Of a stretch of DNA of 64,000 bases, positions 48,878 to 63,277 are shown piece after piece (positions within the stretch are counted from its first letter, which is position 1; each line of letters starts with the position of its first letter). The notes beneath the pieces were generated by a model, which saw nothing but the letters and a program-made list of their open reading frames with translations, did not search any database and was not told where the DNA came from. Position numbers and translations under genes: made by a program. The stretch covers positions 1-64,000 of the forward strand of contig JAMDHS010000025.1 in assembly GCA_029717555.1 (NCBI GenBank), in the 5' to 3' direction. This DNA comes from Peribolospora baueri (taxonomy: Eukaryota).

Positions 48878-51800
48878 TCACTCGTTCATCAACGCGCTAG
48901 CCTCGTTCCAGATCTTTCGAGCGTATGCGTCCTCTGGCAACGTGGAGAACACGTTCGCTTGGATGACCTCTCGATTCGTCGACAGAGGCACATTGAACTG
49001 CGAGAGATAAACGGCGCGAAGGGGAGAAAGAAGCGTTATGTCAAAAACAGGGACTCGCCATCGAGAAAAGGAGACAAGGCCGGGTGAGAGAGAGAGCATC
49101 ATAAGACCGACACTCACCCTTCGAACAAACTCCTTGTACCATCCCCGCTTCCACCACGCCTGCCACTCTTCCTCCTCTCCCACAGCCTCCTTCATATCCT
49201 CTTCAACGAGCCCGGCAAGACCGGCCATCACGGCAACGAGGCCCTTTCTCTGCTCGCCCCTGATCGTTTCAAGCTGAGTGCGCGCCTCGCTCGCTGTCGT
49301 CGTACCAGCCGCGGCCGCGGCAGCAGCAGCTTTGAGTGGGTTCTCAGGAAGGCTGGCTGGGAGAGAAGAAGGGAGTGCAGTCTCGTTGCTGCCCGTCGTC
49401 TCCTCGTCCTCCATTACCTCGTCGCCCGCCGCTGCCGCCGCAGCTTCGGCGGCTCGTTTGGCTTCACTCTCCTCGGCCTCGCGACGCTCGAGCGCCTCGA
49501 GCCTGTCCCTCACCTGGTCCACTCGGCCATTCATCTTCTCGACCGTCATCCTTAGCAGGTCCCACGCGCCAAATCGGCTCCAATCATGCTTGATCGGCTG
49601 CTCATTAGCGAGCTGGGTAGCGACTGGTGGGAGGAAGGGAGACGTAGGGATGGGAAGTAGGAAGTCGATGACGTCCGTGGGCTCGATGATGCGGTACTGC
49701 AACAGCTTGTCAATAACCATAAAGCACCATTGCTGCGAGGTGGACCAGAATCGCGCTACTCCGCTCAGGAATGCTTGACGATGAACCGGGGTCTCCGACA
49801 GGGAGCGTAGCAACGTGTGGTACCTAGAAGAAGTAGCGAAATAAAAGGCTGAGGTCCACTAAACTCTTAACTATGCTTTTGGCTAGGGCCTGAACTCACC
49901 TCTCGACTACGTTAAGGAAATGCGAAAAGCTCCTACTGCCGATCATCAAAACGGACTGGATGACCATGTCGCGGAGCAGCAACTCCGCTTCTGCCTCGTT
50001 TTCCACGACTGTGGTATCGTCTGGGCCCGGCTCGGTGGTCGGCAGGAGGGAAGTCTTCATGGCTTCGAGCTTGGTCGTCATAACGTCTACGGGGGTCTTG
50101 GACCGAAGCGCAGTCATAAGCTCGTCCACCGTGCTGTGGCAGGGATGGGCTGGAGGGAGATTTGCAACATCCTGCCATTAGGACGGCTTGCCTTGTTGTC
50201 ATGGACTTTTGCCAGTTCGACGACTTACCCGAATCTTCGTATGAGAAGCTAGGGCCCGCAGCCTCAGCAGGGAGAACGGGTCCCACAAGGCTATCGGGGA
50301 GAGTCTCCTTGATGCGATCGTAGTAGCTCAACCGGACCTCTAACTCGATAACGCGAGCTATGAAGGCGCGTTTAGGGTGACTAACAGGCAGCGAAAGGTC
50401 GGGCAGCCTAAACGTCAGGAAGTCAGAGATAGTCAGATTCTGGTCGATGGGAATTATTCACGTCGTCTAGAGGACGTGGTACAGCACAAGACGCACCATT
50501 CCTTCCAGCCCCAGGAAAAGTTGAAATTGCTGAGGTGAACGCTGAACCAGTCTGCCAAACGTCTTATGCACTCAACGTCCATGTTGTCCTTTCCGCTCGG
50601 ACCGCCGCGACCGAGGCTGGCATAAAGCCTGCGCACAGATTTTCCGAGCGATGGCGCAACGGTGGAGGGAGAAGCCTTGCAAATCTCGACAATCAGAGAG
50701 GTGTAGTAGAGTTCTTTCTGCGGGGCCATGGGAAGGAGCAACATAGTGGAGATAATTGTCTGCACGAAGCGAGGTATTAAAACGATCAATCAAAGTTTCA
50801 ATGTACCTTGCCTTCAGACAGTTGCGCCACTCACTTCGACGAGAAGATCTTCGAGCACCCATCCTGCTTTGGAGCCCTCTTCCGAATGTTTTTCAGCGCC
50901 GAAGCTGCCTCCTTGCTTGTTACGGAACGTCCCCACTTTGAGCCAGCGAGGTAGCTGGAACAGGATTTTGGCACATTCTTTGCGATTCACTTCAAAGATG
51001 TCGATAATGTCGCTGAGAATAGCCCGAAGGATGACGTTGTCCGGCGTGGCAATGCGAGCAAGAGACTACCACAAACGGGAAACGAGCGAGACAGGTAAGG
51101 AGATGCCCCTCCAAGTCGTGTCGCGAACCATAGGCGCTGGACTCACCTCGCTGAACCAACGGGCGGCCGTACCGACCCTCTTCGCCCCCAGCTCCGTTCG
51201 TCTCTTCCGACTGCGCCTCTGCGCGGCCCCGGGCCGCTCCTTCCCCGGAGCTACGGTACCCACATCTGCCAGCGCCTTCGCGACCGAGCCCCCTCCCAAG
51301 AAATCATCTTCCTCTTCGGGCGGAACGAGCACCTCGGGAAGATCGATAGGTTCGGGTAAGCCGGTCTCACCAGTGTCACCATCCGCGTTCGTAGAGGGCA
51401 GGGGTTCAAGGATCAAAGGAGCCAGGTCACTGGGACGAGGGATGAAAGTGGGACGGGCAAATCCGCTCGCGCGAAGGTCTCGCAAAGCCGCGACCAAAGT
51501 GTCGAAAGACTGTCCGCAAAAAAAGGAAATGCTGGTTAGAACTCGTTTATCTTACGAAGAGAGCGAGGCAGGTACGACTTACTTCTTCCGTCTGCGAACT
51601 GCCACCACTCGGGCTTGTCAGTTCCGTCTGTGCTTCCCTGCCCTGAGCATATGCCTCCACGGCTTGAACGAGCGCGTCCGTCTCGATGGGTGAATACACA
51701 TTGAGATCCTGACCGGCCAGTATCAGCGTCTCAATTATCATGACGGCAGTGCGATCGCCACGCGACAGAGTAACTCCAGGCTCCTCGAACACGGCGGCAA

Positions 51801-52796
51801 ACGACTGAAGGAGGGTGAGCAAAGACTTTGGGGTTACCAAATTGGCGGAAAGGAGATAGGCGAACAGGTGAAGCTGAAAAATGATAGCGAAGGGTCGTTA
51901 GCGAGGGGTTCTGAAGATTTGCAGAGCCTTATAGATGCGGAAGATCCCTCTGAATAGAGCTGCACTTACATTCAGTCGCACGTTCCTCCACAGTCTGGCG
52001 TCGAGATACCCTCTAAATGCCTTGACCAGATCTTGCAAAACGTCCTTGCCAGACACTTTTACCTCGTGATTTTCACTCGCAAGCGGCACTTCGTCGCCTT
52101 CCGAAGGCGGAGGAGGAGCGTTCGGTCGCAAGAGAAGGGCGAGAAGGGCGGCAATGTGGACTAGCTTGTAAGGCTGCTCAGTCGTCCTAAGGCATCCAAA
52201 TGCAAGGGATAATCCGTAGATGCACATAACGCGTAAGAATCGAAATGGAACACTATTGAAGCATCTCGAAGAGGGAGCGTTCACTCACATCACCCGGAAG
52301 TTTCGAAGCACGGCCGACGGCATCGAGGGGTATTGGTTCTCGATGTAGTTGGCCATCAACGGCAAGTGCTCCACCGCGTCGAAATCCTAAACAAGAAATG
52401 ACGGCCATCATTTAGGTGAGTCTCGCTTTCGGAACACAGGGCTCTTCTACCGGCGGTGCGAACGAAAGTAGGCGGGAGGGTATCAAGTCTAACGGTTATG
52501 AGAGATGACGATTGACAACTCTTACTCACATCTTCCTCTCCCAGCTGGTACATTGTGTCCCTTACTTTAGTAATCTGGTCATTCCTCCTAGAATCTCCAT
52601 ACCCTCCGTGAAACTCCCTTCGTCCACCGCGTCTGTCTTTCCTGCGCCCGCCTCCACCACCGCCGCCGCCGCCGTAGGAGCCGCCATATCCGTTTCCACC
52701 GTATCCGTCGCCGGCGAACTGCATCCCACCGTACCCGCCGTGGGCAAAGACGCCGTAGGCTTGTCCCTGAACGGGTGAGTCGTAATAGGTCGCCAT
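48878..52796 (-). CDS. Nuclear cap-binding complex large subunit (CBP80/Sto1/NCBP1), multi-exon
   Basis: TEQPYK, WRNVRL, LYYTSLIVEICK...TVAPSLGKSVR, DWFSVHLSNFNFSWGWKEW, LSYYDRIKETLP, IGSRSFSHFLNVVER and IDKLLQYRII, with a basic/Gly-rich N-terminus. Confidence 0.92.
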
Positions 52797-52998
52797 GATC
52801 GTCCTCTAGAGAATCTGAGCCCTGCCTTTTTGACTGCTTGGTCTTAAGCGATCGAGTGGAAGATGGGACAAGCACCAATTTGGGGCTGGAGGAATGACCG
52901 CAGCAGTCACGTGGTCAAAGCATCACCTTCGCAGTCGGCTCCATTTCCACCTCCACTACCACGACCAAAGGGAAGCACAAGACAAACGCTAGGTAGCC

Positions 52999-53528
52999 AT
53001 GTCGGGCACGAGCAGAAAGGCGTATCGGGCATGCCTTAAGTGCCACTTTGTGCAGTCGGCCGTGGAATTTCGCGCGCAGGGGTGCCCCAACTGTGAGGAC
53101 ACGCTTCAGGTGAGTTGGGCTACCTGTGCGGGACCGCAACGCCGCTAGTTTTCCAGGTGGCACGACCTGATCAAGTCAGTTCACCTTCGATTTTCCTTCT
53201 TCGTCATCTCGATACTGGTGGTGTTATATGATTTTTAGATGCAAGGCAATCCAGATCGCGTCTCCGAGTGCACGACGAGCATCTTCGACGGCACGATCGC
53301 TATGATGCAGCCGGAGAAGAGCTGGGTGGCGCGGTATCAAAAACTAGGTAAGTTGCCTTCGGTTATCTGACGGACGCACCATGAGACCGTTCTTGAAGCG
53401 TGAAGAGGAGGATTTCAACCTAACTTCTATTCGTCTGTCTTCTGCGCGTCGGGTTACGTCGTCATCCAGGTGGGAAGGTACCCGGCCTTTACGCCGTCCG
53501 GGTTACAGGAACCCTACCGGAGGAATGA
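52999..53528 (+). CDS. SPT4: Transcription elongation factor Spt4, three exons
   Basis: RACLKC...GCPNCEDTLQ|MQGNPDRVSECTTSIFDGTIAMMQPEKSWVARYQKL|GGKVPGLYAVRVTGTLPEE*. Confidence 0.96.
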
Positions 53529-54186
53529 CATCGTCAGCCGAAGAAAGCAAGCGGAGGCCCTGTCAACGACCTGATCTCCATGTGCTCAAATTGAAGCCAT
53601 GGTCCTCTGGCACGCTTGGTTACCAGAGAAGCTCGACGGTTTCGTACTTCTCCAGGCAAGGCTAGGACTTTCCGACTCTCAGCTCTACACCTTGTACTTT
53701 AGCATCCTGTATTGGAAATCATCAACTCGGTTTGGATCAACCTCGGCGCCTTCAAGTGACTGTCGGAACAGGGCCTGTCCGCAAGACGGGGCCGTACTAG
53801 CGGCGTCGCCGAGAGACGACTCATCCAAGCTCGAAACTCGGTCCTCTTGTGTTCCCCTAGGTGCGAACCCTTTCTGACAGCCTGCACAAATATGTTGACT
53901 TTGGAAGCTTCTCCGTTCATATCACTCACGAGGCACATGAGGCACGCGGCCAAGCGTGCCCCTTACCCTTTGCCTCCAGGCCGGAGGCGGTTGTAATGTT
54001 CGTGACCAAACGTCAAGGTGCCTCTATCAAATTTTAGAGACCGATCCCAAAGTGTAGCCTTTCTTGTTCGACGTCGTACCTGTTCTTGCACCACGCGTAC
54101 AGCTAATTCCTTTCACGACAGCGGTCACCTCTAAAGCAACCTCGGCGATGCTCCCGTTCGATGGTACGGAGGCATCGAAAGACAGC

Positions 54187-56666
54187 TTAACTTGATGTCT
54201 CTGCCCGCGTACACACGTCAGTGCGCCCGCGACCACAATCTCGACCTTCCCCCTCCATGTCCAAGACCTGCCCAGCCCGCAACAGATAGGAGGCCCAAAC
54301 AAGCATGCGATGCCGATGAGCAAAGCGAGACACCCGTCTGGCCGTATCTTCTCGTGCTCGCACTCACCTTAAAGAACCCACAACCCTTGCCCTCGTTTTG
54401 TGCGCTGGAGTTGCACTGCCAGAAGTACTCAAAGTCTTCTTCGTCTTCCTCCTTCCCCTTCTCTCCTACTTCCCCCTCCCATCTCCGACCATCCCCGTCG
54501 CCGGATCCATGTCCGGCTACATATGGCCCTAAGCTCGTCGCAGACGCGGGAAGGACACACGAAAGCTTGACACGACTGCCCTTCCGGGGCGAAACAGATC
54601 CAGCCCTCTCCTTTTTCCTCCTCTTCTGTGAAGCTACTTTTCTCCGAGAGTCGGGCCTCAGGACGGTTGGTACGCCACATGGACAGCGTGGGGTTGTGGA
54701 GGGCGCAAAGTCGGGTCTGTAGAAGCTGAGCGGATTAAATCGTCGAAGGGCGTCGGATCATGACCAGTCAGTCCAAAGGGGTCCCATACGAGATCAGGAG
54801 TTGGTAGGACTAGCGCCGAACTTTGGCTAACCGGAAAGTGATGTTGATCCTCTCCGTCCTCCCCTCGCCCTTTCGGCGCTTCTTCTTCCCAGGAAGGTCT
54901 CGTGTTTGAGCAGTGTCCTCTTTGTCGTCGTCATCGAAAAGGACTGGTCGGAAGGCGTCCATGGATTTCTGCCGGGGGATGGTGTGTTTACTGGTCACGA
55001 CGAATGGTGTCCGAGGTGGCGTCAGCACCAATTGCATAGACTGCCAGAATAGAAGGGGTGGTGAAAATCTCACTAGTATTCTTGACAGCCCGCGTGCATG
55101 ATGATGAGCTGCACCGTCCATTCGAAGACAGACCCAAACCCAAAAACAAGTCATGGAGGGCATGGGTCAGTGACAGGTGATGAACACGCTACTGCCGGGG
55201 ACCCGGGCACGGACATACAGAGTTGTGCTCCAAAGGTATGTTGTATGTCCTAACGTCCCGAAAGGAGGGTATGTCCTCCGCCTTGCTTGCCACGGTGCGC
55301 AACCGAAAGATACGGGTACAGCCGAGGGACAGGCTGGCAATGGTGCAGCGCGGACCGAGGTAGGTCTGCTGATCCGAGTGATAGCCCACGGTCTATGATG
55401 ACGGAGAAAGGGCAAGTAAACGTCGCGCACGAAGAAGAGTAAGCAAAGACTGTGCGTCATAGGAAGAAGACATGGGATGAGGGAACAAAGGAGACAATAA
55501 AAAACACCACGATCCCTACCGACTCGGCGCCCTTGTAGCAATTAGTCGCAGAGACGTTGGCCTCCCAGGGTCCGCTCCACTCGCACTGATACCTTTCCCT
55601 CTTTGAGAGCTCGGCATTCACGAATGGCTCTACCAGTCGTGCAGCAGCGCGAAGGTAGGGCGGGAAGATGGGAAGTTCGCCGTTGGGAAGTAGGGCGCGG
55701 CCGTTATACCTGAATTCAAGAAAATACGAGACGAAATGAAGGCATTTTGGGCGAGATGAGAAACGTTGAAAGAGCGGTTCCATGCCGTATCACTCACCAG
55801 TAGTGCGCGGCTTCCTTCCAATTCTCCGTTTTTTCTCCCTTCCGAACTTTCCTGCTCGTCTCTGGCCCCTCCGCCCTCATCTCTCCCTCCTCGTGCGCCG
55901 TGGGTTCCAAGCCAGCATTCACCCTCCCCTTCTCCACCATGCCCTCATCCCTGACATAAAAGCCCGTAGCATGGTTGCTCTCCACTAACCGATTGTTGAT
56001 GTACCACTGATTCCTTGTCCATTTTTGGCTCTCCTCCAGCAGCTCGAAGTATAATTTTGTGGCGAGCGGAGAAGGGAGGAAGTGTGGGTGCAGGGTGCAA
56101 GGGAGGGCAGAGGAAACGGAAGTGGGTGTGATTAAGGTGACGGGAGGGAACAAAGAGGGGCTGCGTGTCGGCAGGGACGAGGAGGGTGACTGGGCGGAGG
56201 CGCGGAGGAGGTCGAATGCGTTTCGGAGGGACCTCGGTTCCTTCCCAGGCGAGTGGCCTGATCGCGAATGAGACACTGCTTTTGTACTTTCGTCCTCGTT
56301 ATCGTTGAGTCTAGCAGAGGAAAGCCGAAAGGCTCCTACGACGTCCGCCTTTGTGGAAACCGTATCTGCCACGGTGACAATCCTCTCCGTCCTTCTGGTG
56401 ATGGAATGGCCTCCGCAAGTGCTCTCATCCGCCTTCTCATGACCTTCATTCCTTCCTCTGCCATCGCCAGGCCTGGAGAAAATCGTTGCAGGGAGGTTCT
56501 CAACGTGTCCGGCGTCCCTCCGAGCCTGTTCATTCAAAACGCTTTCCGTCGCGCGTTCCACATCCCCGGCCGCACGTTCGAGGTGACGGGCAAGCTCGGC
56601 AGGGTCTGCGTGTTCGAAGATGGAGACGAGCAACGCCAAAGCCGCGTCGGCGTCGTGTTCGGACAT
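54187..56666 (-). CDS. CUE domain + AlkB-family 2OG-Fe(II) dioxygenase + GRF zinc-finger protein, multi-exon
   Basis: CUE-like ALLVSIFEHADPAELARHLERAAGDVERATESVL. AlkB NCY, VGYHSD, IASLSLG, LEHNSLIIMH, YKHTIP and RINITFR. GRF-like PRCPCGVPTVLR...YFWQC...GCGFFK|VLD. Stop TAA at 54187. Confidence 0.88.
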
Positions 56667-56919
56667 GAGTTTCCTGGAAGGGGCGGGTTGAAACACGTTC
56701 GAGGGTTAGGCGTGGCGATCCGTGAGACGGGTAACGAGACGGGCACCTGCAGTGGAAGGAGACGTAGAAGAGAGAGAAAAAGACAGAGAGTAATCCGAGG
56801 TGCACCGTGCGCGTTAAGCGGGTAGCACCGCAGCAGCCGCACGTGCGCCGCGAGACGCAGCTCGTCGACTTAAACACGGCCGACGTGCAACGAAGAGATA
56901 AGACAAGGACAGAACCGCC

Positions 56920-57498
56920 ATGGCCCCCTCAGCCACATCGTCCTCCCCTTCGGGGCCGTCGCTTACGGAGATGCAGAACGAGGTGTCACAGCTAGAGATC
57001 CTCATGCAATCCTTGCAGGCTCAATCCGCGTCGGCTTCCTCTTCATCTGCAGGACAACCAAGCCTCGCTCCTTCCGACGACCCTCGTCCCTCCGAACTGA
57101 ACGTCAGTTCGTCCGCACCGACGGCTCCTATTGTCGACTTCTCCTCGCTCAGCCCATCAGACCTCGCCCTCCTCCGTCCTTTGTTGTCTCTCACCGGGGC
57201 TCAAGAAGCCGCCGCCGCATCGGCGTCACGGTCAGGCTCGGGCGAGGGAGACGGCGATGGAGAGGGAGAGATGAGTGTGCGAGACGTGTTAGCGCGCATG
57301 GACGCCGCTCAGGGCGCGGCGGTCGGGTTGGAAGGGAGGTTGGACGCGCTCCTGAGCAAGCTGGACGGTTTGTTGGGTGGATTGGAGGCATTTGGTGGCG
57401 CACGGGAGGCTGAGGCGCACGAGGGACGGCTGGAGGAAGAGAGGAAGGAAGGGGGGGAGGGAGCGGAGGCAACCGGCGAAGAGAGCAGAGACGCTTAG
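56920..57498 (+). CDS. Small hypothetical protein (192 aa) with a predicted C-terminal coiled coil
   Basis: GCCATGG start, single exon, amphipathic segment VRDVLARMDAAQGAAVGLEGRLDALLSKLDGLLGGLE. Divergent from the AlkB gene. Confidence 0.7.
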   Translation: MAPSATSSSPSGPSLTEMQNEVSQLEILMQSLQAQSASASSSSAGQPSLAPSDDPRPSELNVSSSAPTAPIVDFSSLSPSDLALLRPLLSLTGAQEAAAASASRSGSGEGDGDGEGEMSVRDVLARMDAAQGAAVGLEGRLDALLSKLDGLLGGLEAFGGAREAEAHEGRLEEERKEGGEGAEATGEESRDA

Positions 57499-58774
57499 AC
57501 CGCGATCGAGCTGTCTATCGCTTCTGAAGATTCTTCTCGACCTGCACATAGTAGAGGCCGTCTCGTCCCCCTCTCCTTCTGGGGGCAGCGCACAGGAGGC
57601 TGTTGCTGGCGGGCTCCAAGGGCGGCGCTCGACATCGATTCAATCCACTCGGCGACTCATCAGCATGTGCAGCAAATCGCTACGACAGACAACATTCATG
57701 TTCGCCTGCGCGCTGTGACCTCCCTTCGGTGGTCCATCGCGTCAGAAAGGAAGATCGCTGCCCAGCCCAGACTCTCTCTGCAGCCCCGAGCAGCAGCCAC
57801 ATTCGCTCGAAGAGGAGCTTCGTTTCTCCGATCCGTCTCTCAACCTGACCTGCACGTCTCTGCCCGCGCTTTGTACGGCCAGCGAGAACGTACCGCGCAA
57901 CATCGAGTGCTCCTGGAGTGTTTTTTCCTTCCCGTCACCTCTTCGTTCCGCATGTTATCAAAAAACGAAGACACACGTACAAAAGTGTATAAGAGTGCAA
58001 AACAACAGCCACGAGGTTCGCGAGCTTGCTTGCATGACTCGAAGAGTATACAAGGGGGGTGGGTGTAGCACATCGTGCCAGGGAACCGTACGACCGTGTG
58101 CATCGCCGCCTGGAGGAGGTTGCATCCGGCGAGACTCTAGCCATAATACAGTTCTTGTAGCCACGTCTGTCTGTTCATCCACTGCAGGCCACACACACAC
58201 ACACACATTCTCTCTCTCTCTTTTTTTTCCCTTTCCTTTCCCTCACAAAGTTGACAGAAGCACGAGCTGGCCAGAGCTGCTCTCTATCGTAATCGGCACC
58301 GGGTGAGTGGGGTAAGCCGGATCATATGCATGTGCCGGGCAGGCCTCGCGAGAACGACGTGGCCGCAGCAAGTCTCGAAGCAGGCCGGCGGGAGCGGCGG
58401 TGAGCGGCAATGAGCGGAGATGATTTGCCGGGTGGTTACGTCAGGCGACACTCAAAACTGATTTGAAACGCGAAAAATAAGTGTGCCGGGCTGGAAGCTA
58501 TTAGGCATTTCAACTTTCTTTGAAGTTGTTTGAAATCGTTTCGGTTTTTCTGTCCCCAGTGCGGCTGCGGTCGGTTCGCCGTCGAGAGCCGGGTCGCACA
58601 CTGATCTTCTTGCCCTCGACTGACTCGAGCCTCGCCGTCCGACCACCGTCACCATATATCTATCCCTTCTCCCCACCACCACCGTCTCCGTCTTCTTCCA
58701 TCGTCCGCCTCGGGACTCGCCTACCTCTTGCACGCTTCCCCTCCATCTAGACAGCACCCATCACACGCAGCGCC

Positions 58775-60827
<2,053 letters not shown>

Positions 60828-63277
60828 ACACTGGTCGGTGGAGGTGGGCGGATGTGTCGGGAGAGGGCCAGCGTCTCGGGTGGGCGTTCAGCGCGGTGGC
60901 GCGACGCCATGGACATGAGACATGTGGACGTTGGTCCGGGTGCAAGGACGGAGCTGCAGACGTTCCGTCGTGTGGGAGGAGGGATCGATTACTGGCTGGA
61001 AGTTGACCTGTGTTTGCTCTCAGCGCACTCGCTGTGGGACACGGACCCGATGCAGAGCATAGGACGCTGGACGGCTAGCTGGCTGGGCTCCAGTACACCC
61101 AATCGGCATTCCAAAAGCGCTTGCCACGAAGTTGAACGTGGGCTATTCTATTCGTTGCTGTGCTTGCTACTTCCCGGCGTCGTTCGTTGGTGGAATTCAA
61201 TTGAAGAATCTTTTGCCTATGAAATCGGTCATTGTAGCTTTTCGAGAGAGGAATATCAATAGAGTGGTTCGGTTTCGGACAAAGCGGCAGCCGGATGCTT
61301 TGGCTCCACGACGAAGCCGAATACGTCTGTCTACAGCGCACTCACAGATCGATGCGAGCAAAGCAGGGGACCGCACAGAGAGTGAGACGGACGACCGATG
61401 TTGCTCAGGTTCACCCACGGGTGCTGACGGACACTCCCTTTTTTTTTTACGTCGCCTGCCTGCCTGTGGGGACCTCTCCCCAAGCCTGCCCCCCTCTGAG
61501 ACGCCCGAGGCGTGGACGGGGACTTTTTACTTGTACAACGTGGTCGGTGAGAAAAGGGTCGCGGACGGATCCTGCCAGACTAAGACTCGCCGGCGGGGTT
61601 GGTCGTGGACATCGATCAGGCTGGTCTGAGGCGCGGGGCTCGGGCGTCTCAGGCTGAGTGGTGGAGCGGCCGAGGGCTCAACCTACGGAGAACAAGAACT
61701 GTTGGGAGCCTGTCGCCAGTAGCAGTCGAGCGCTGATCCAACGTGGCCAGGGCGGCGTCGACGTCAGCGGAATTTGCGTCGTTGTTGCTGCTACTGCTGT
61801 CCTCATGAACATACCAGCCAATCTCTCAGACCAATCACCAGCCACTTGCACTCCAAGGTTCTAGCCACCGTTGTGAAGGCGTGGCAAACCATGCGGGGAC
61901 TGTAGATCGAGCAAAAGAAAAGGAGGTGAGATCGCTTTAGAGCGCAGAGAGAAGATTGGACTGGGCAAGGCAGGCCTTGGCCGGCTGGGCGGAGAAGTAG
62001 AAGGAAGAACGGATGAGCGTGCATAGCTACAGGCGGCGGCTGTGGTTTATGTATGTATGTGCCTTTCGGCCGGGGGGAAAGCTTAAAAGGGTCAAAGAGG
62101 TTATAGTCTGCCCGAATCTGAAGATGCGGAGATTTCGAAATGCGAGAATGTGACAACACATTTATTTATGACAGGGGCTGGGAGCGAGGCGAGACGGAGC
62201 TGGAGTGGAACGGAAGCGGGAAAGAGATGAAGAGAAGAGAGGTGAGATGGAAACGGTCCTGGGCCAGGCGCTTGGGGTTGCTATGGGAAGTGAAGCTCAC
62301 CGCCGGCGGCAGCGCCTTGCAAACCATTCGGCGCACAAAGACCACCGCCACAGAAAGCTGCCAGGGGCCATCACATTGAAGGACTTAGTGTTGGAAGTGG
62401 GTGCGAAAGCCGAGATGGTCACATAGCGCATCATCCGGGCATCTCCGCCCAAAAGAATTCTGAACCGTTAACGTGGGGTTTGACCAGCTGGACAGGTTCG
62501 TTGGAACGTCGATGGCCCAAATAAGGAGCCAACTTCGGCAAGCAGCGATGAGCGGCAGCAGCTGCACACAGGACGACCGCATTGCGTCGTCCCTCGAAGG
62601 ACAGGCCGGCGCCAACCACGACGCGCCCAAAGCTATGAGTAAATGTCATGCACGACGACTGGGAATGAAATGAAGTGGACGGACGGATGTAACCCCGCCT
62701 GTAGACCGTGCCCGCGCACGAAAGGACAGACGGAAAGCCGATCAGGATGGCGCAGACTGCCCGGGCGACTGATCATGTCGCGGAACGGTGAGAAGGCGGG
62801 AGCGATCAGCCGTGTCGGGTGTCCAAGGTTAACAGCGATGAAAAGGAGAGAAAAAAAGTGTACGGGAAAAGAGGGGAGACACGACTACGGCGATGAAGAG
62901 GCTTGGACGCGAGAAATGGACAGATCTTGACGAGGAGATTCGCTACTGCATAATCGCGAACACTGTCGCGCATTGGTCCGTGCACTTGACTATGTTGCAA
63001 CGTACAGTGCCTTGCGGTGAAGGGAATGAGGAACGGTGCTGCCGAGGAAGGTGGATGAATAGCCTGACCACTACCGCAGTCAGCCCACACCTAACAACCC
63101 ATCGAATGGCTGGATTCAACTGCGAGAATTGCGAAATCACTGAATACATTCTAGACTGGATGTCGAGACGAGCCAGTACGCGCGTGAGCCTTTCTGCCGA
63201 ATTGACAAGGGTACGACGTCAAAGCAAAGGACCCAAACTACCCACATGTACATATGCACGCAGGAATCCCTCAATGC

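Noticed and set aside
50728..51693. 321-aa plus-strand ORF
   Set aside because: Antisense to CBP80 exons, with no independent coding signal.
61940..61965. AGAGAAGATT resembling the U6 snRNA box
   Set aside because: The flanking U6 sequence (ACAGAGA and TAGCATGGCCCC) is absent.
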